From Cirrosporium novae-zelandiae (taxonomy: Eukaryota), in assembly GCA_026023565.1 (NCBI GenBank), contig JAPETS010000052.1, positions 62,001 through 126,000 on the forward strand: 64,000 bases of DNA, given 5' to 3'. The notes under the pieces are model-generated. The model had not been told where the DNA came from. It was given only the letters and a program-made list of their open reading frames with translations, and searched no databases. This document shows positions 24,734 through 36,293 of the stretch, in pieces. A program made the position numbers and the translations under genes. Position 1 is the stretch's first letter; every line of letters starts with the position of its first letter.

Positions 24734-25646
24734 TGTGGATTGAGGAGGGGGTGGTTCTTGTCAAGAGAGAGAGAGAGAAATGGAAATGTTGGAGAGAAAT
24801 GAAACTGTTGGTTTAATTGAAAAATGGCATGGAGACGTTGGGGAGATCCTCAAATATAAGACCCGTGGATAAAAGAGGTGGGATGAGGTTACAAGGGGGG
24901 TACTTGATATACCCCCCCGGATATCTGATAGGATGTCTGATAAGGTGATTCGATTAGAAAAGCCAAAGTTCTTCAAAAAAAAATCACTTCGTGATTATTA
25001 GGGTTAGATCAAGTCAAAAGATAGGCAGAGTGGAAAACCTAGACCAGGTCGATTGACAATGAGTCCTCCTCCACCTGTAGCTATATGGGGAAAGGTTCAG
25101 CCTTATCTATTCATTGTTACTCAGGGCAGACTTGAAGAGACAGATTATCTATTAGCTGCATGTCGCTTGTCCTATGGTATATCAAAACTTACTGTTCCAA
25201 TTCGACATTTTGTCAGTCCTGCTGCCAAGATTCTGCTATCCCCCCAAATCCCTGAAGCTATGCATCGTAAGTCGATAAGATAAAAGAAATATTTTGCCTA
25301 ACGTCCAGAATCAAAAATTCAAGAGTTTTGATTGGACTATCTATCTAGCTACTTTCTTGGAGTGATCAAGCCTCGAGAGCCTCGCGAAAACAGCAGCAAG
25401 TAGAATTGTCGTCGTAGATGTAGGGCCCGGCTTCCATGCCTCCCGAAGACCATATGCCATGATAACCGCCGCCAGGACAAGGCTGTGTCGTATCGCCCTA
25501 TAATCCATGCAGATCAAACCGTCTAGACTACCAAAAGGTTGGAAAGAAGATAATCGCCAGCTAAGAGAGATGTCGTTGGAATGACCTATACAAATGCCTC
25601 AGCGGTACCGTAACGCTGATAACATTTGAATCAAACTTCGACCAAT

Positions 25647-26575
25647 TTACAAATCGGCATCATCCTCGTCGGGGAGGGGCATCTGTGCCGCATCGTGCAT
25701 CTCTTTTTGGTATTGTTCTAGAAGTTTCTCGTCAACCTGGACGGTGGGAGGAGCAAGAGCGGGTGCAGCAACGAATTCCTACACCCATTTGTTAGTACAA
25801 ACATCCCTGTTTGAGAGTGGAAAATATTCACAAGCGACTGGTTCCCAACAAGTTTTCTGGCAAGCCACAAGAAAGGCTTCTCGAAGTTGTAGTTGGATTT
25901 GGCGGAGATATCGTAATATTGCAAGTTCTTCTTTCTGTGGAAAGTGATGGTCTTGGCCTTGACTTTTCGCTCCTTTACATCGACCTTGTTTCCGCAGAGA
26001 ACAATTGGAATGCTTTCACAAACTCTGACCAAGTCACCTAGAGTTACGTAAGCCGTCGTCCATTCCCCCTAATTCAGCCTAAAAAAAAACTTACGGTGCC
26101 AATTTGGAACGTTTTTGTATGTGATACGAGAGGTCACGTCGAACATGATAATACCGCACTGGCCGTTGATGTAGTAGCCATCACGTAGACCGCCAAACTT
26201 CTCTTGACCTGCAGTATCCCAAACATCGAATCGGATTTGTCCAAGGTTCTAAAACTCATTAGTCTACCCGAGAGTGACAAGAAGCTCATCACTATAGCAG
26301 CTATGGCGTCACGTACGGTGGTGAAATCAAGGGGATGAACTTCGACACCAAGGGTTGCAATATATTTCTTTTCGAATTCACCAGTCAAATGGCGCTTGAC
26401 GAAAGTAGTCTAGATAAATGTTTATTAGAAACGCCCTGCAAACATCGAAGACTATCAAGATGCGCAAACGATCTTGGGTCATTAAGTATCAAGTATCCTG
26501 ACTGACCTTCCCGGTACCACCGTCTCCTACAAGCACAAGCTTGAAGGTGGGAACATTTCCTGCAGCTTCGGCCAT
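25647..26575 (-). CDS. GSP1: Ran GTPase (Gsp1)
   Basis: Exons 26575-26507, 26409-26317, 26248-26095, 26037-25832, 25778-25647. [38 protein letters not shown], acidic tail PDEDDADL*. Probable 5'UTR intron 26718-26625. Confidence 0.97.
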
Positions 26576-27189
26576 GATCGTAACAAGGTGGGATGATATG
26601 AGATAAAGGTGGGGGAGAGAAAGCCTGATATATCCTGGTTTTTGTTAGCGTCCGAGAGCTGTAAATCACAATAAACATTCTCCAAAGTATCTAGGGACTT
26701 ATTATAAATAATACATACAGGTTATGGATTAATGAAGTAGATGGATGTTGGAAGTTGAAAGTTGATGGATGTTGATGGTGTTTAGATTTCAAGCGAGAAT
26801 TTGTTGGCAGATTTCTTCCCGGTCACGTGCTAAGGGATTGAAAGAACTTCAACCCAAACTTCCATCGATTTCTCTTTGAATTAAATTGAATTGATTTTTT
26901 CCTTACATCGGCAAATAGCTATTTATCCTACACCTAAACAATATTTGTATTGAAGCCTAAACTCATCCTTTTAGGAGCTAATGTTTGCATGCTCGTCATT
27001 CTTCGTTGATTTTATTATCATTCGCTAGCTAGATACGCCAAAAGTAGCCCCACTTGTTTTCTGAACGCCTAAGTTCGCCGCCTATGCCGCTGATGTTTGC
27101 ATCAAGCCATGAATAATCAATATCGTCTTTACCATCCCATGCCATCTTTTACCATCAAGGATCCCAGCAAGGCAAATGGTTTCTATACA

Positions 27190-28095
27190 TCATACCGGTA
27201 AGAGGTGACATCCAAGCATTCCTCGCCCTCCCCAATCTCTCCGTGGGGTTAATTGCAGCTCGAGTTCTTGCACTGTAGCCCCACTGCTTCTTGTCACTTT
27301 TACCTGTATCAGACGCTGGGGCTGCTGTTAACAATATTTCTTCGCAATACTTTTATTTTGTTGACAGGAAGCCAACCACTTTACCAACTCAACCAAAGTA
27401 GAGAATGACGTACCCCTTCATTATGCTGAACAATCTCCGCCACCTTGGTGAGCTTTTCGTGGTTCAACCAATTGACATTTCCAAATTTTCGAATACCATC
27501 CCCAGCTTTTAGGCCTGCCTCATCTGCTGGACTACCATCAACAACACTATTAACTTTTGCAAATGGCGTTTCCACTATAGCACTATCTGTAAAAGCAGAT
27601 TGTGTGGTATCATTACTGGAAGCGTTGGTAGCATTCGATTGTGTTTCATGTAACGAAGCGTAATGAGCGTGCAAGCCTTTCTCAATTCGGGACATTAGCT
27701 CGTTGTAATCATTCCGTAGACATATTATTCTAGCTCTCGTGGTTCGAACTATTGGATTTATATTAGGCTAGAATATATTATGCGTTGAAGTGTAGGTGCT
27801 CACTTTGGGCAATATCCAGATCAGCTCGGGGATAACCGTCAAAGGTAGTAAGGGTTGTATTCATGTTAACTCCATGCTAGAAAGGGGCATCAGTGTCATG
27901 ATAGCAGATTTCAGGATTTCTGCATACTGAGTCAAGCACACTACCAAGGGCTTTGAGCTCGCCCTCTACTTTATCCTTCTCCGCCATGAGTTCCATCAAC
28001 GAGAGCTTGTCTAGCTTGGATTCTGAAAGACGAGCGGCCGAAGTTGGCCCTGAGACAACGGTTGGTGCATGAATATCATCCATCGGTATACCCAT
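27190..28095 (-). CDS. NAS2: Proteasome assembly chaperone Nas2/PSMD9 (p27), PDZ domain
   Basis: Exons approx. 28095-27928, 27876-27804, 27748-27414, 27315-27190. LTTFDGYPRADLDIAQ/IRTTRARII, PFAKVNSVVDGSPADEAGLK, WGGRGMLGCHL. Confidence 0.92.
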
Positions 28096-28950
28096 AATCA
28101 AGAATTGTAAGGATAGAATATGAAGGCGTTGTTGTATTTCTAGATTAAGTTCTCCACGACTATGCGATAAAGATGTCTGGAGAAACTCGGCCCTGTGAAA
28201 TCAATTTCTAAGAATGCGGGGGAGCCAATTTTATTTAACACCACTATGGTCTATACACTACAACAATTCCACATCAAATGAAGCACTTCAGAAATTGAAC
28301 TATTCTTGCTTTTTTTTTGATTTACTCTCAATATATCTTCTGGAGGAGACATCCTTCACTGCTGCCACCTTACTAAACTACACAGCAAAAGTACTTGAGG
28401 AATATCATTAAGTGCCGAATAGTTTACGAGGTTTCCCTAGGATCTTGGATATCAAAACATTAATTTCCGTTGCATATTAATTTTCGTGTTACGTACTACT
28501 CTGTTTGAAGGTCTTTCAAGTATAAATGGTCGATGTCCATCGTTGTCTCAATTATTCTATTTAGTATCCTATTATCTATGCGACGAAAGTAGCTTCCCTA
28601 CTCTGCACGTTGGACAATCGGCACAATCGGCACAATCCTTACCTGGGTAGGTATGTTCTCAACTACTGTCCTTCATTATGGCGATAGGAAAGTCCCTTCC
28701 TTGAATATTTCCTTGGTGGGCAATCGCATCTTATTGTTCTCCTACCTATACGAGGTTCGCAGGCTGCATTCTTGTTTCATCTCCTCCAAACCTCAGTCAT
28801 CAATTTTGGAGATATCAGAATTTGATATCGCTCTGCATTGGCTGCTCGTATCTTGGGAAGCCTCTCACCCGAGGCTTTCTGCTTGTTCTCTTTGACCATT
28901 TCCCTTTTTGCTACTGGGGTATGGCCTTTGGTCAATAAAACCATTTCACG

Positions 28951-31900
28951 ATGACCTCTTTTCTACATTACGTCCCTTCGGTTCCATTCGATACCGATTT
29001 TGGGGCTGGCAATCCTTCTTGGCCATCGCTATCTTCCCTTCCCTTCGATAACCCTTCCACACAATCGATCAATACAATTCAACGTCACGATACCGGAAGG
29101 GTCTCCGTGGATTCTTTTCTCACGGCCTCATCACTCAATGCACTGCGAGCTGATACTTATGAAAATTTCAGGTCATCTCCACGTGGAGTTCACTCTCAGT
29201 CTACAGGTAATCTTTTAGAGGAGGTGTCAAATGGCCCAAGTTTGCGACAGGCTTCCGGCCTAGTGCCACATAAATTTAGTTTGGGGGCAGATCTACTTGC
29301 TGTACGATCAAACACTAGTCCTTGTCTTCTGGCCGAGGCAAGAATAGGTGCAGACGCCAATAATGATATTAGCTATGGAAAACTAGCGAGGAGCAATGAA
29401 AAGGAGCTCAACCAGGCCTTTAGCAATGATGTTAACTTGGGATTCTCCTTTGATCTTACACCCTCGGAGAGATCTTCTTATTCTAGATCAGAGATTTTTG
29501 AAGAGCTAGACGACTTAGCGGAACATTCTGCCAATGATTCGAAGCTGCCAAAGGTCATAGTTAATAATAATTCTTTCCATTTCAAAAAATGGGTAAGGAC
29601 GTTTCGTCGGAGAAATCTTGGAGTCTCAAAATCGCTACCATCGCGAAAGACGGAGTTTGAGCAAGACGAATTTGGTGCTGTTCCACTACAAGATGAAAAC
29701 TATCTAGCCACCAGCGGAACAAGAAGACATCAACAATCGTCATCTGTGGCATCATCTGGAATTATATCTGCAGTCAAAACTGCTAGCATTAGTCTCGCAA
29801 GTTTCAGTGCCGCTCCAAGGTCTCGTCGACCAACTTTCTCAAGCCAGAGGCGAAGTATGAACCCAAGCAGGTCAAGCAACCAACAAAGGGCGTCTGTGGA
29901 TAGTAGCAGGGTCTTGTCCGGAACAGGGTTCGATGAAGCAGCATGGGATCGTTCAATCCAGAGGAGAAAAATCCTAGACGAGATACTAAGTTCCGAAGAA
30001 AGTTATGTGTCAGATATGAAGGCTCTAATGGGCGTAAGTCTTATTGTGTAATGCCTGCTTCACATATATTTTCAATTAACATTCATTGTGTAGCTCTATT
30101 ACAACCTGCTTGCATCCACACCTACATTGTCATCCCAGATCTGTTCATCTATCAGACAAACACTTGCTGAACTCCTTCAACTACACGAAGATCTCTTGCA
30201 TCAATTGTATCGGGTAATGCCAAATTTTGACTTCACAAATAAAGGCAACCAAACCGCACTACTTAGAGGAGTGATAAAGCATACTCGTTGGCGAAGCGTT
30301 GAGTTTGCAGATAATCGGGCTGAGCGGCGAGGTACTCACCACCATAGAGGACGCTCTCTCGATCATGGCCATTCTTCGAAGAAAGTTTCACATTTGACGG
30401 CAGAACCCCAGGAAGCAGCATTATTGGCAGGAATATTCGATAAAATGGTATGTTTATTTCTCGGGTATAACCAATTGGGACTTGTTGACGTAGAATTATT
30501 AGCTCACAAAGTTCTTTTTATACGAAGAATATGGCGCAGAATATGAGCAACTCGTCCATGAAGTTGCTGCCGCGAAAAGCAACATCCCTAGCTGGCATGA
30601 TTGTGAAATGGGCATAGAAGCTTTGGCCAAATCGGTGGCATCGATGAACAGCTATGATACTGCTAAGAGGAAGGGATTGACCTTCTGCGACTTGATTATC
30701 AAGGTTGGAGTTTCCCCTACAGCACTCTTCTAGGATAATATAGCTGATTTCACGCTATGTAGCCGATACAACGGATTTGCAAGTATCCGTTACTTTTTGC
30801 CGACTTACTTAGACAGACTCCAGTCATTGACTGCCCTGAATCTCATGTTGAAGTCGAGAAAGTTCTTTGTCGATTACGCGAAACGGCCCAGGAGATTGAT
30901 AAAGCAGCCAATAATACAGAAACTCGGGACAAGATCCATAGAACGTGGCTTCTTCAAGATCGGTTGACTACTGGAGATGAGGTGAGCAAATTTCAGACCT
31001 TGTGAAGCCGAGCTGACTCAAATTCTCGAAGAATGCTCAGACTAGCTCCCTTCGCTCACTTGGATATGTTCACCTCTGTGGTGTACTTCATATTGCCTAT
31101 CAGACGAGGGTAAGGGTTACAGGAGAATACATGCTCTGTGCACTCTACAAATCATATCTTCTGCTCGCCACACCAAATAAGGGGCTTCCGGACTTTAAGA
31201 TGTTCATTAAAATCAGATTACAGCATGTGAAGCTGGAGGCACCAGATAATGGTAGAGGTATTAAGGCTCCCGAGTCATTTAGCGCTGAATGAAGAGATTA
31301 ACGAGAACGTAGGTCTCCAATGTCACACAGCACCATTTTCCTGGAAAGTATATTTTGTTTCTGATAACCGTCTTTACGAGCTTCTGATGACTGCATGCTC
31401 GCTTGAAGAAGAGCAGACGTGGACCAAAAGTTTACTTGACAGATCAGTCGCTGACGGAAATAACCAAGTGGATGATAGTTCCTTGATATTAGATGACTTT
31501 TCAGCTTCTTCTGCCGACTTGAAGCCTATAGCACAAGTTTACGGGCAATCAATACCGATGGCACGTCGTATCTCTATGAAACGAGCAGCTACTGTTGGTG
31601 TCAAGGTGAACACCACTCAAGTTGTGATCAGAAATACCTCAGCCGCGCAGAACCGGGAGCCTTCTTTAAGCATGTCTCCTTCTATAAGTAGGTCGCAGTC
31701 CCTTCTTTCTACCAACCGCGTCACGGTCCTTGCGCCCAAACGTTCGGACAGAATCAGGCTCGAAGCAGCGCTTGAGGATGTATGGACGATGGATGCTTTA
31801 CCATATCCTGGAATGAATACATCAAGGACCGATCATCTCATTAGAGCTTCTGCAAATTCAGTAATGCGGAAAATAAGTCTTGCCAGTATCTCAACCCCAT

Positions 31901-32337
31901 TTGCAAAACGCTCGACGAGTCAGTGGACTATTGGGCTTTCAGAAGATTTCGAAAGGAAGGAAACATCGATGGATAGCTTAAAGAAACGTCAGGCTCAGAA
32001 GGAGAAGTACCGAACTTTACCAACCCTCATGGACTCCATTCTCCCAGAGAAGGATCTTTCAACGATTCAGACAACTCTTGGATTCATCGAGCCGCCCCCC
32101 CGAACAAGCTCTGCGATGGGAACAGGGTCGCAAGAGATTAAAGAAACCCGAGCAGATCGGAAAAGTAGTAGGGTCGCCTTCACCAGGCAGGCATTTCATC
32201 CACGTGCTAGATCTAAATCAGATGCTCAACAAAGGCAATGGATGAAAAAGAGGAGGCTAAGCGCTTCTGGGGGGCTTCTCAAAGCAATATCTGCGGATGG
32301 TTTGAAAAACTTATTCCATCATCCACCACAGACATGA
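28951..32337 (+). CDS. Rho guanine-nucleotide exchange factor (DH-PH)
   Basis: Exons approx. 28951-30033, 30094-30447, 30503-30703, 30763-30981, 31032-31257, 31313-32337 join in frame. DH motifs RRKILDEILSSEESYVSDMKAL and LIIK/PIQRICKYPLLFADLL, followed by a PH-like region. Confidence 0.85.
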
Positions 32338-32777
32338 CTGTACTTCATTCCTGTCTTATTTTACTTTGTATAAATATGCATGTTTAAGATTTTTATTTTT
32401 TTGTTGGCTGGATTCTTTCGTTCTTTGCTTGTGTCAGCATCCTTGTTTCGGCCAACATTCCTTTTGTGGGGATGGGATAGCGCTTGGCAAGGGAATAATT
32501 GTTCTTGAAAGCATTGTTTAGTCTTCTAGAGTGTGGAATAGCAACCATGTTAGGATTGAAGAGCACTATGGAAGGCTCCAGGCGATAGGCAAATTGGTGC
32601 TTGTCTCTTAGTATGTGCATTTGGTACTCGAATGAAATACAGATTTAACATAATACCATCCCCACTCAAAAGTTAACAGGCCATGGAAGGCTGGGGTAAG
32701 TAATTCTAATTTGTACGAAGAGATTGGGACTAAATACTATGGGTCTACTGAGGACTAAGGTAACGGGTACCTGACTG

Positions 32778-32800
32778 ATGACGTTGATTGAATGACGTAA
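32778..32800 (+). promoter_or_regulatory. Tandem CRE/M26-type motifs (ATGACGT x2), putative Atf1/Sko1-family bZIP sites
   Basis: ATGACGT at 32778 and 32792 (the second extends to ATGACGTAA), about 200 bp upstream of the Rtc3-like ATG. Confidence 0.5.
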
Positions 32801-32991
32801 TCAGTGGGAGCTGCAGCAGCCCAGATGCTTGCTCCCATGCTCCTACAAAAGGTATTTGATGGGAATCATAACCGCCATTTCATTTCACACATCTTTGATC
32901 AGTCTAAAAGCTAGATACTCAAATCCACATCTCAATCCGATATCTATCCCTACTGCTAATCAGTCAATCTACCATTACCAACACACTCAAC

Positions 32992-33539
32992 ATGCCTCGT
33001 GGAAACGCCCCCCAGACCAAGGTCTTCTTCAAAGGTTCCTCAGAAGACTTCGTAGTCTTTGTTGATCATCCAGATGAACTCAAGAAGTGGAAGTCAGATA
33101 AATCCATCCCTCTTGCCCAGGTGATGAGTGGGTTCAAGATTTTCGTAACACACAAGTATGTCCTTCTATCTCGGTCTCTCCCTCTCTACCCCGCTTTATG
33201 TGGGGTTTCCTCACATTAATTGTTGAACTTTGGATATAAAGAGCAATCTAACATGTGCTTGAGTGATGTTTAGACAAGGCTCTCAAGGAGTCTTAGATGG
33301 AGCATCAAATGCTATTCTGGACAATGAGTTCGGTACGCACAACGAGGATGAAGTCATCACGAAGATATTGGAGGGTGGCCTTGTGCAGGAAACCGAGGTA
33401 ACTATTTACACCCATCAACTCATAACCTGGTTCTCTCTTCAAACAAGATTGAAATTACTAACGCCCTTTCCCTCTTATTCAGAGTGCCGAGCGTCAAGGT
33501 TCAAAGAACGACAGCAAGGGTGCTATGGTTGCACACTGA
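32992..33539 (+). CDS. SBDS/Sdo1 N-terminal (FYSH) domain protein, Rtc3/YHR087W-like, 114 aa
   Basis: Exons 32992-33155, 33274-33397, 33483-33539. KVFFKGSSEDFVVFVD...WKSDKSIPLAQV..FKIFVTHK/QGSQGVLDGAS...LDNEFGT...VITKILEGG. Confidence 0.88.
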
Positions 33540-34435
33540 GCAGGTTTCTTGACGACCCTAACGAATGGAAAGTTGTCATAGCCTCCATGGGTGTCATTGC
33601 AGCATCAAGCGTACTCTATGATATTCGGGTCCCTGGATTCCTTCGGAGAATGTTTGCTAAACAAATGAAGTCATGATACTGATACTGGCTTAGGTAGCTT
33701 AGGTTGCTCTGCGTTGGCGAAAATAAACTTCGGGAAGGAGTCTAAAAGCCACGCCCAAAAATTAAAAAAAGAATTTCAAATCAAAGTGTAATGATTTCAC
33801 TGAGCCATATTATTATTACATATTGAATCTAGAGTAGGCTTATTATGGAGGTCGAGCCTAGCTCCAGTATTTCCTAAGATGGGAACCTTCTCGAATATTT
33901 GTATTTGAGTGACCTGAATAATTAATGATTTCATGGTTATTTTTTTCTTTTTATGGTTCATCAGCAGATTTCCCCTCTTTCATAGTCAAGCCACAAAGTA
34001 CAAAGTACTCCGTAGCGAGTAGATCAATAGATACAGTAGAGTACTTAAGTTTAATGCTAATATCAATAAGGTATGGTAATTAACTGATAACATTTACCGG
34101 CATGGCACGGAGGTTGTTGGCCAATTAGGTTGAACAGGAGACTTCTTGAAGCAGTAAAATTGCTTCCATGTGTCACAGCCTCAACTGGCGAGTTACAGCA
34201 AGCACTATGATTCCAGGATTCCAAAATCTTAGCATATCTACTCGAGTAGGAGGTGCTTGTTCAACTAATTGGTGCTTAATGAATCCTTCTTCTGTATATC
34301 TGCCTAGGTATTGAATACCTGCCTTTATTGGTTGGCAACCAAGGAAACTGCGCCACACAATTAAGACTCTTAAGCATTAACCTGCCTTCTGTTTGTCCTT
34401 CTACATATCGTCGCATCATCAACTATTTTACCATA

Positions 34436-35299
34436 ATGAGGCCATCAGTTTTTCTTCTCGTGCTGCTTGCTTGCGCGCACGAAGGCATCACATACCCTTT
34501 CTCACCTGATCAGGAAAGCGATATCGTCTCTCGCAATAACATCTTCTCTCCCATCCCTCACTACGTAAAAGAGCTCGTTGTACGTGCTTCGGATTCTCTA
34601 TCAGAATTCAACCCGCTCGAGAAACGCCGCGGAGGAGGGGGTGGTAGTCGAGGTGGAAGCAGCAGTGGTAGCTCCTCCAGTGGAGGACGGTCAAGTGGCT
34701 CGTCAAGCTCATCATCATCAGGATCCTCGTCGGGTCGCACATCTTCTAGCAGTAACACGGGAGGGCGTACAAGCTCTGGCTCCGGCGTGCGACCAACCTA
34801 TGGCGGAGGCAAATATTACGGTGGCGGCGCCAGTACACCCTATCGATCGGGTTCCCGTTCCCCTAGTGCAGGCATTTCGCCCGTCTTTTATCCTGCCCTC
34901 GCCTTTGGCTTCTTCCCTGGAATATGGCTGTATGGTGTATACTCCTATCCTTATACCCGTCCCTATACTATCCATAACGAAACCTCTAATCGCAATGAAA
35001 CGCTCAACGTGACTTGTGTGTGTGGCCAATATCAAGAATGTGGATGCGATGACAACGGGAATGTCACTTTTGTCGACTCTCTATTAGGAAATGGCAGTGC
35101 CTCATCTCAAAATGCTAGCCTGGTGCAGGTGGCGACTGTGAACGGATCAAAGGGCGTTTATATCAACGGAACACTTCCTAATGGAACTACGGCTGCTTCT
35201 TCTTCTGCGGCCCGAGGACTGAGACAAAGTATCTTGGAAACAGCTGGCTGGTGGGGAATGGTAGTGTCTGTGTTGGCTACTGTGATGATATGTGGTTAA
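34436..35299 (+). CDS. Glycine/serine-rich secreted protein, probably GPI- or membrane-anchored
   Basis: Signal peptide MRPSVFLLVLLACA, KRR then a G/S/R-rich tract, YGGGKYYGGGA..PY.SG..SP motif, CxCx4CGCDD, many NxS/T sequons, hydrophobic C-terminus. Confidence 0.8.
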   Translation: MRPSVFLLVLLACAHEGITYPFSPDQESDIVSRNNIFSPIPHYVKELVVRASDSLSEFNPLEKRRGGGGGSRGGSSSGSSSSGGRSSGSSSSSSSGSSSGRTSSSSNTGGRTSSGSGVRPTYGGGKYYGGGASTPYRSGSRSPSAGISPVFYPALAFGFFPGIWLYGVYSYPYTRPYTIHNETSNRNETLNVTCVCGQYQECGCDDNGNVTFVDSLLGNGSASSQNASLVQVATVNGSKGVYINGTLPNGTTAASSSAARGLRQSILETAGWWGMVVSVLATVMICG

Positions 35300-36293
35300 G
35301 AGTGTCATCTGTCCTTTTCCCTTTGGCTCATGCGATTATTTGGCGAAGACTTGTGATCAACCGAACTTATACTACTTTAAACAAGGCATTGGACATTAAG
35401 CACATTGAATTCACTTTCTACCCGAAAGCGAAGCAATGACCACGGAGATGATATGGTGTCTACATTGGCGTTTGGGTATACATACACTATTCTTATACCG
35501 GCATTGGAACCTTTTTCTAGTCTTATTCTTACCCCCAGCAACGATGAGAAGTTGTATACAGTGAACGTTTTGTACAGAATAGGATGCCACGGGATGATTA
35601 CGAGACATAGAAGATGAGGATACGAATGAAAGCAGGAGAATTCTGTTCTAATTTGATGCCTGCCTATATACACTTGGATTAACTTTCAACGAACCATGAT
35701 ATCAGATGATTTATCATTTTAATTTGTCCGCAAGCCCACTCGCATTTCTAGTAGAAGTTGTAAGGCTAATGACGGCACAGGCGGACTGTTTTACCTTGAT
35801 ATAATATCATAAATCTCATAATTGTTCATTCTTTAGAACAAATTGTAAGCTCTCCAAGGAGCCGCATCTTTTCATGTAATTCGCTCGCTCATCAGTTCTT
35901 CAGACAATTACGTGCAAAATGTCATTCAGCTATTATGTCATGCATACTTTCGTAGAGGCTGTTATTTGAAGGGGTAGTAATTTATTCCATCCTACTCATC
36001 TCCTGCAGAATGAGGTCACATGACTTGGCTGTTGTCCTTAGCAACGACAAAATTACCCGAAGCGTCAACTTTGAAGATTGGCCTCCCACCAGCACACTTA
36101 GCTATTAGGACGCCCAAACCAACTTTTAAACTGCGAAACAATTGTTTTTCTCTATCCCTGGTCAAAACAACACCAAAAGCAATTACTTTCCACGACTAAT
36201 TCCTCCAATTATTATTTACCTAAAGAAGCATTCGAAGCTCGGAAAGCTACATCCTCCGACACCGCTGAATGCTGGGCAGCAAAACAATTCACC

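Noticed and set aside
27741..27750. GGTTCGAA T-loop-like motif suggesting a tRNA
   Set aside because: Lies at a Nas2 exon boundary (IRTTR on the minus strand); no cloverleaf.
28364..28369. GGTGGC (PACE/Rpn4 core) on the minus strand upstream of Nas2
   Set aside because: Only a 6-bp core without the AAA extension; not distinguishable from chance.
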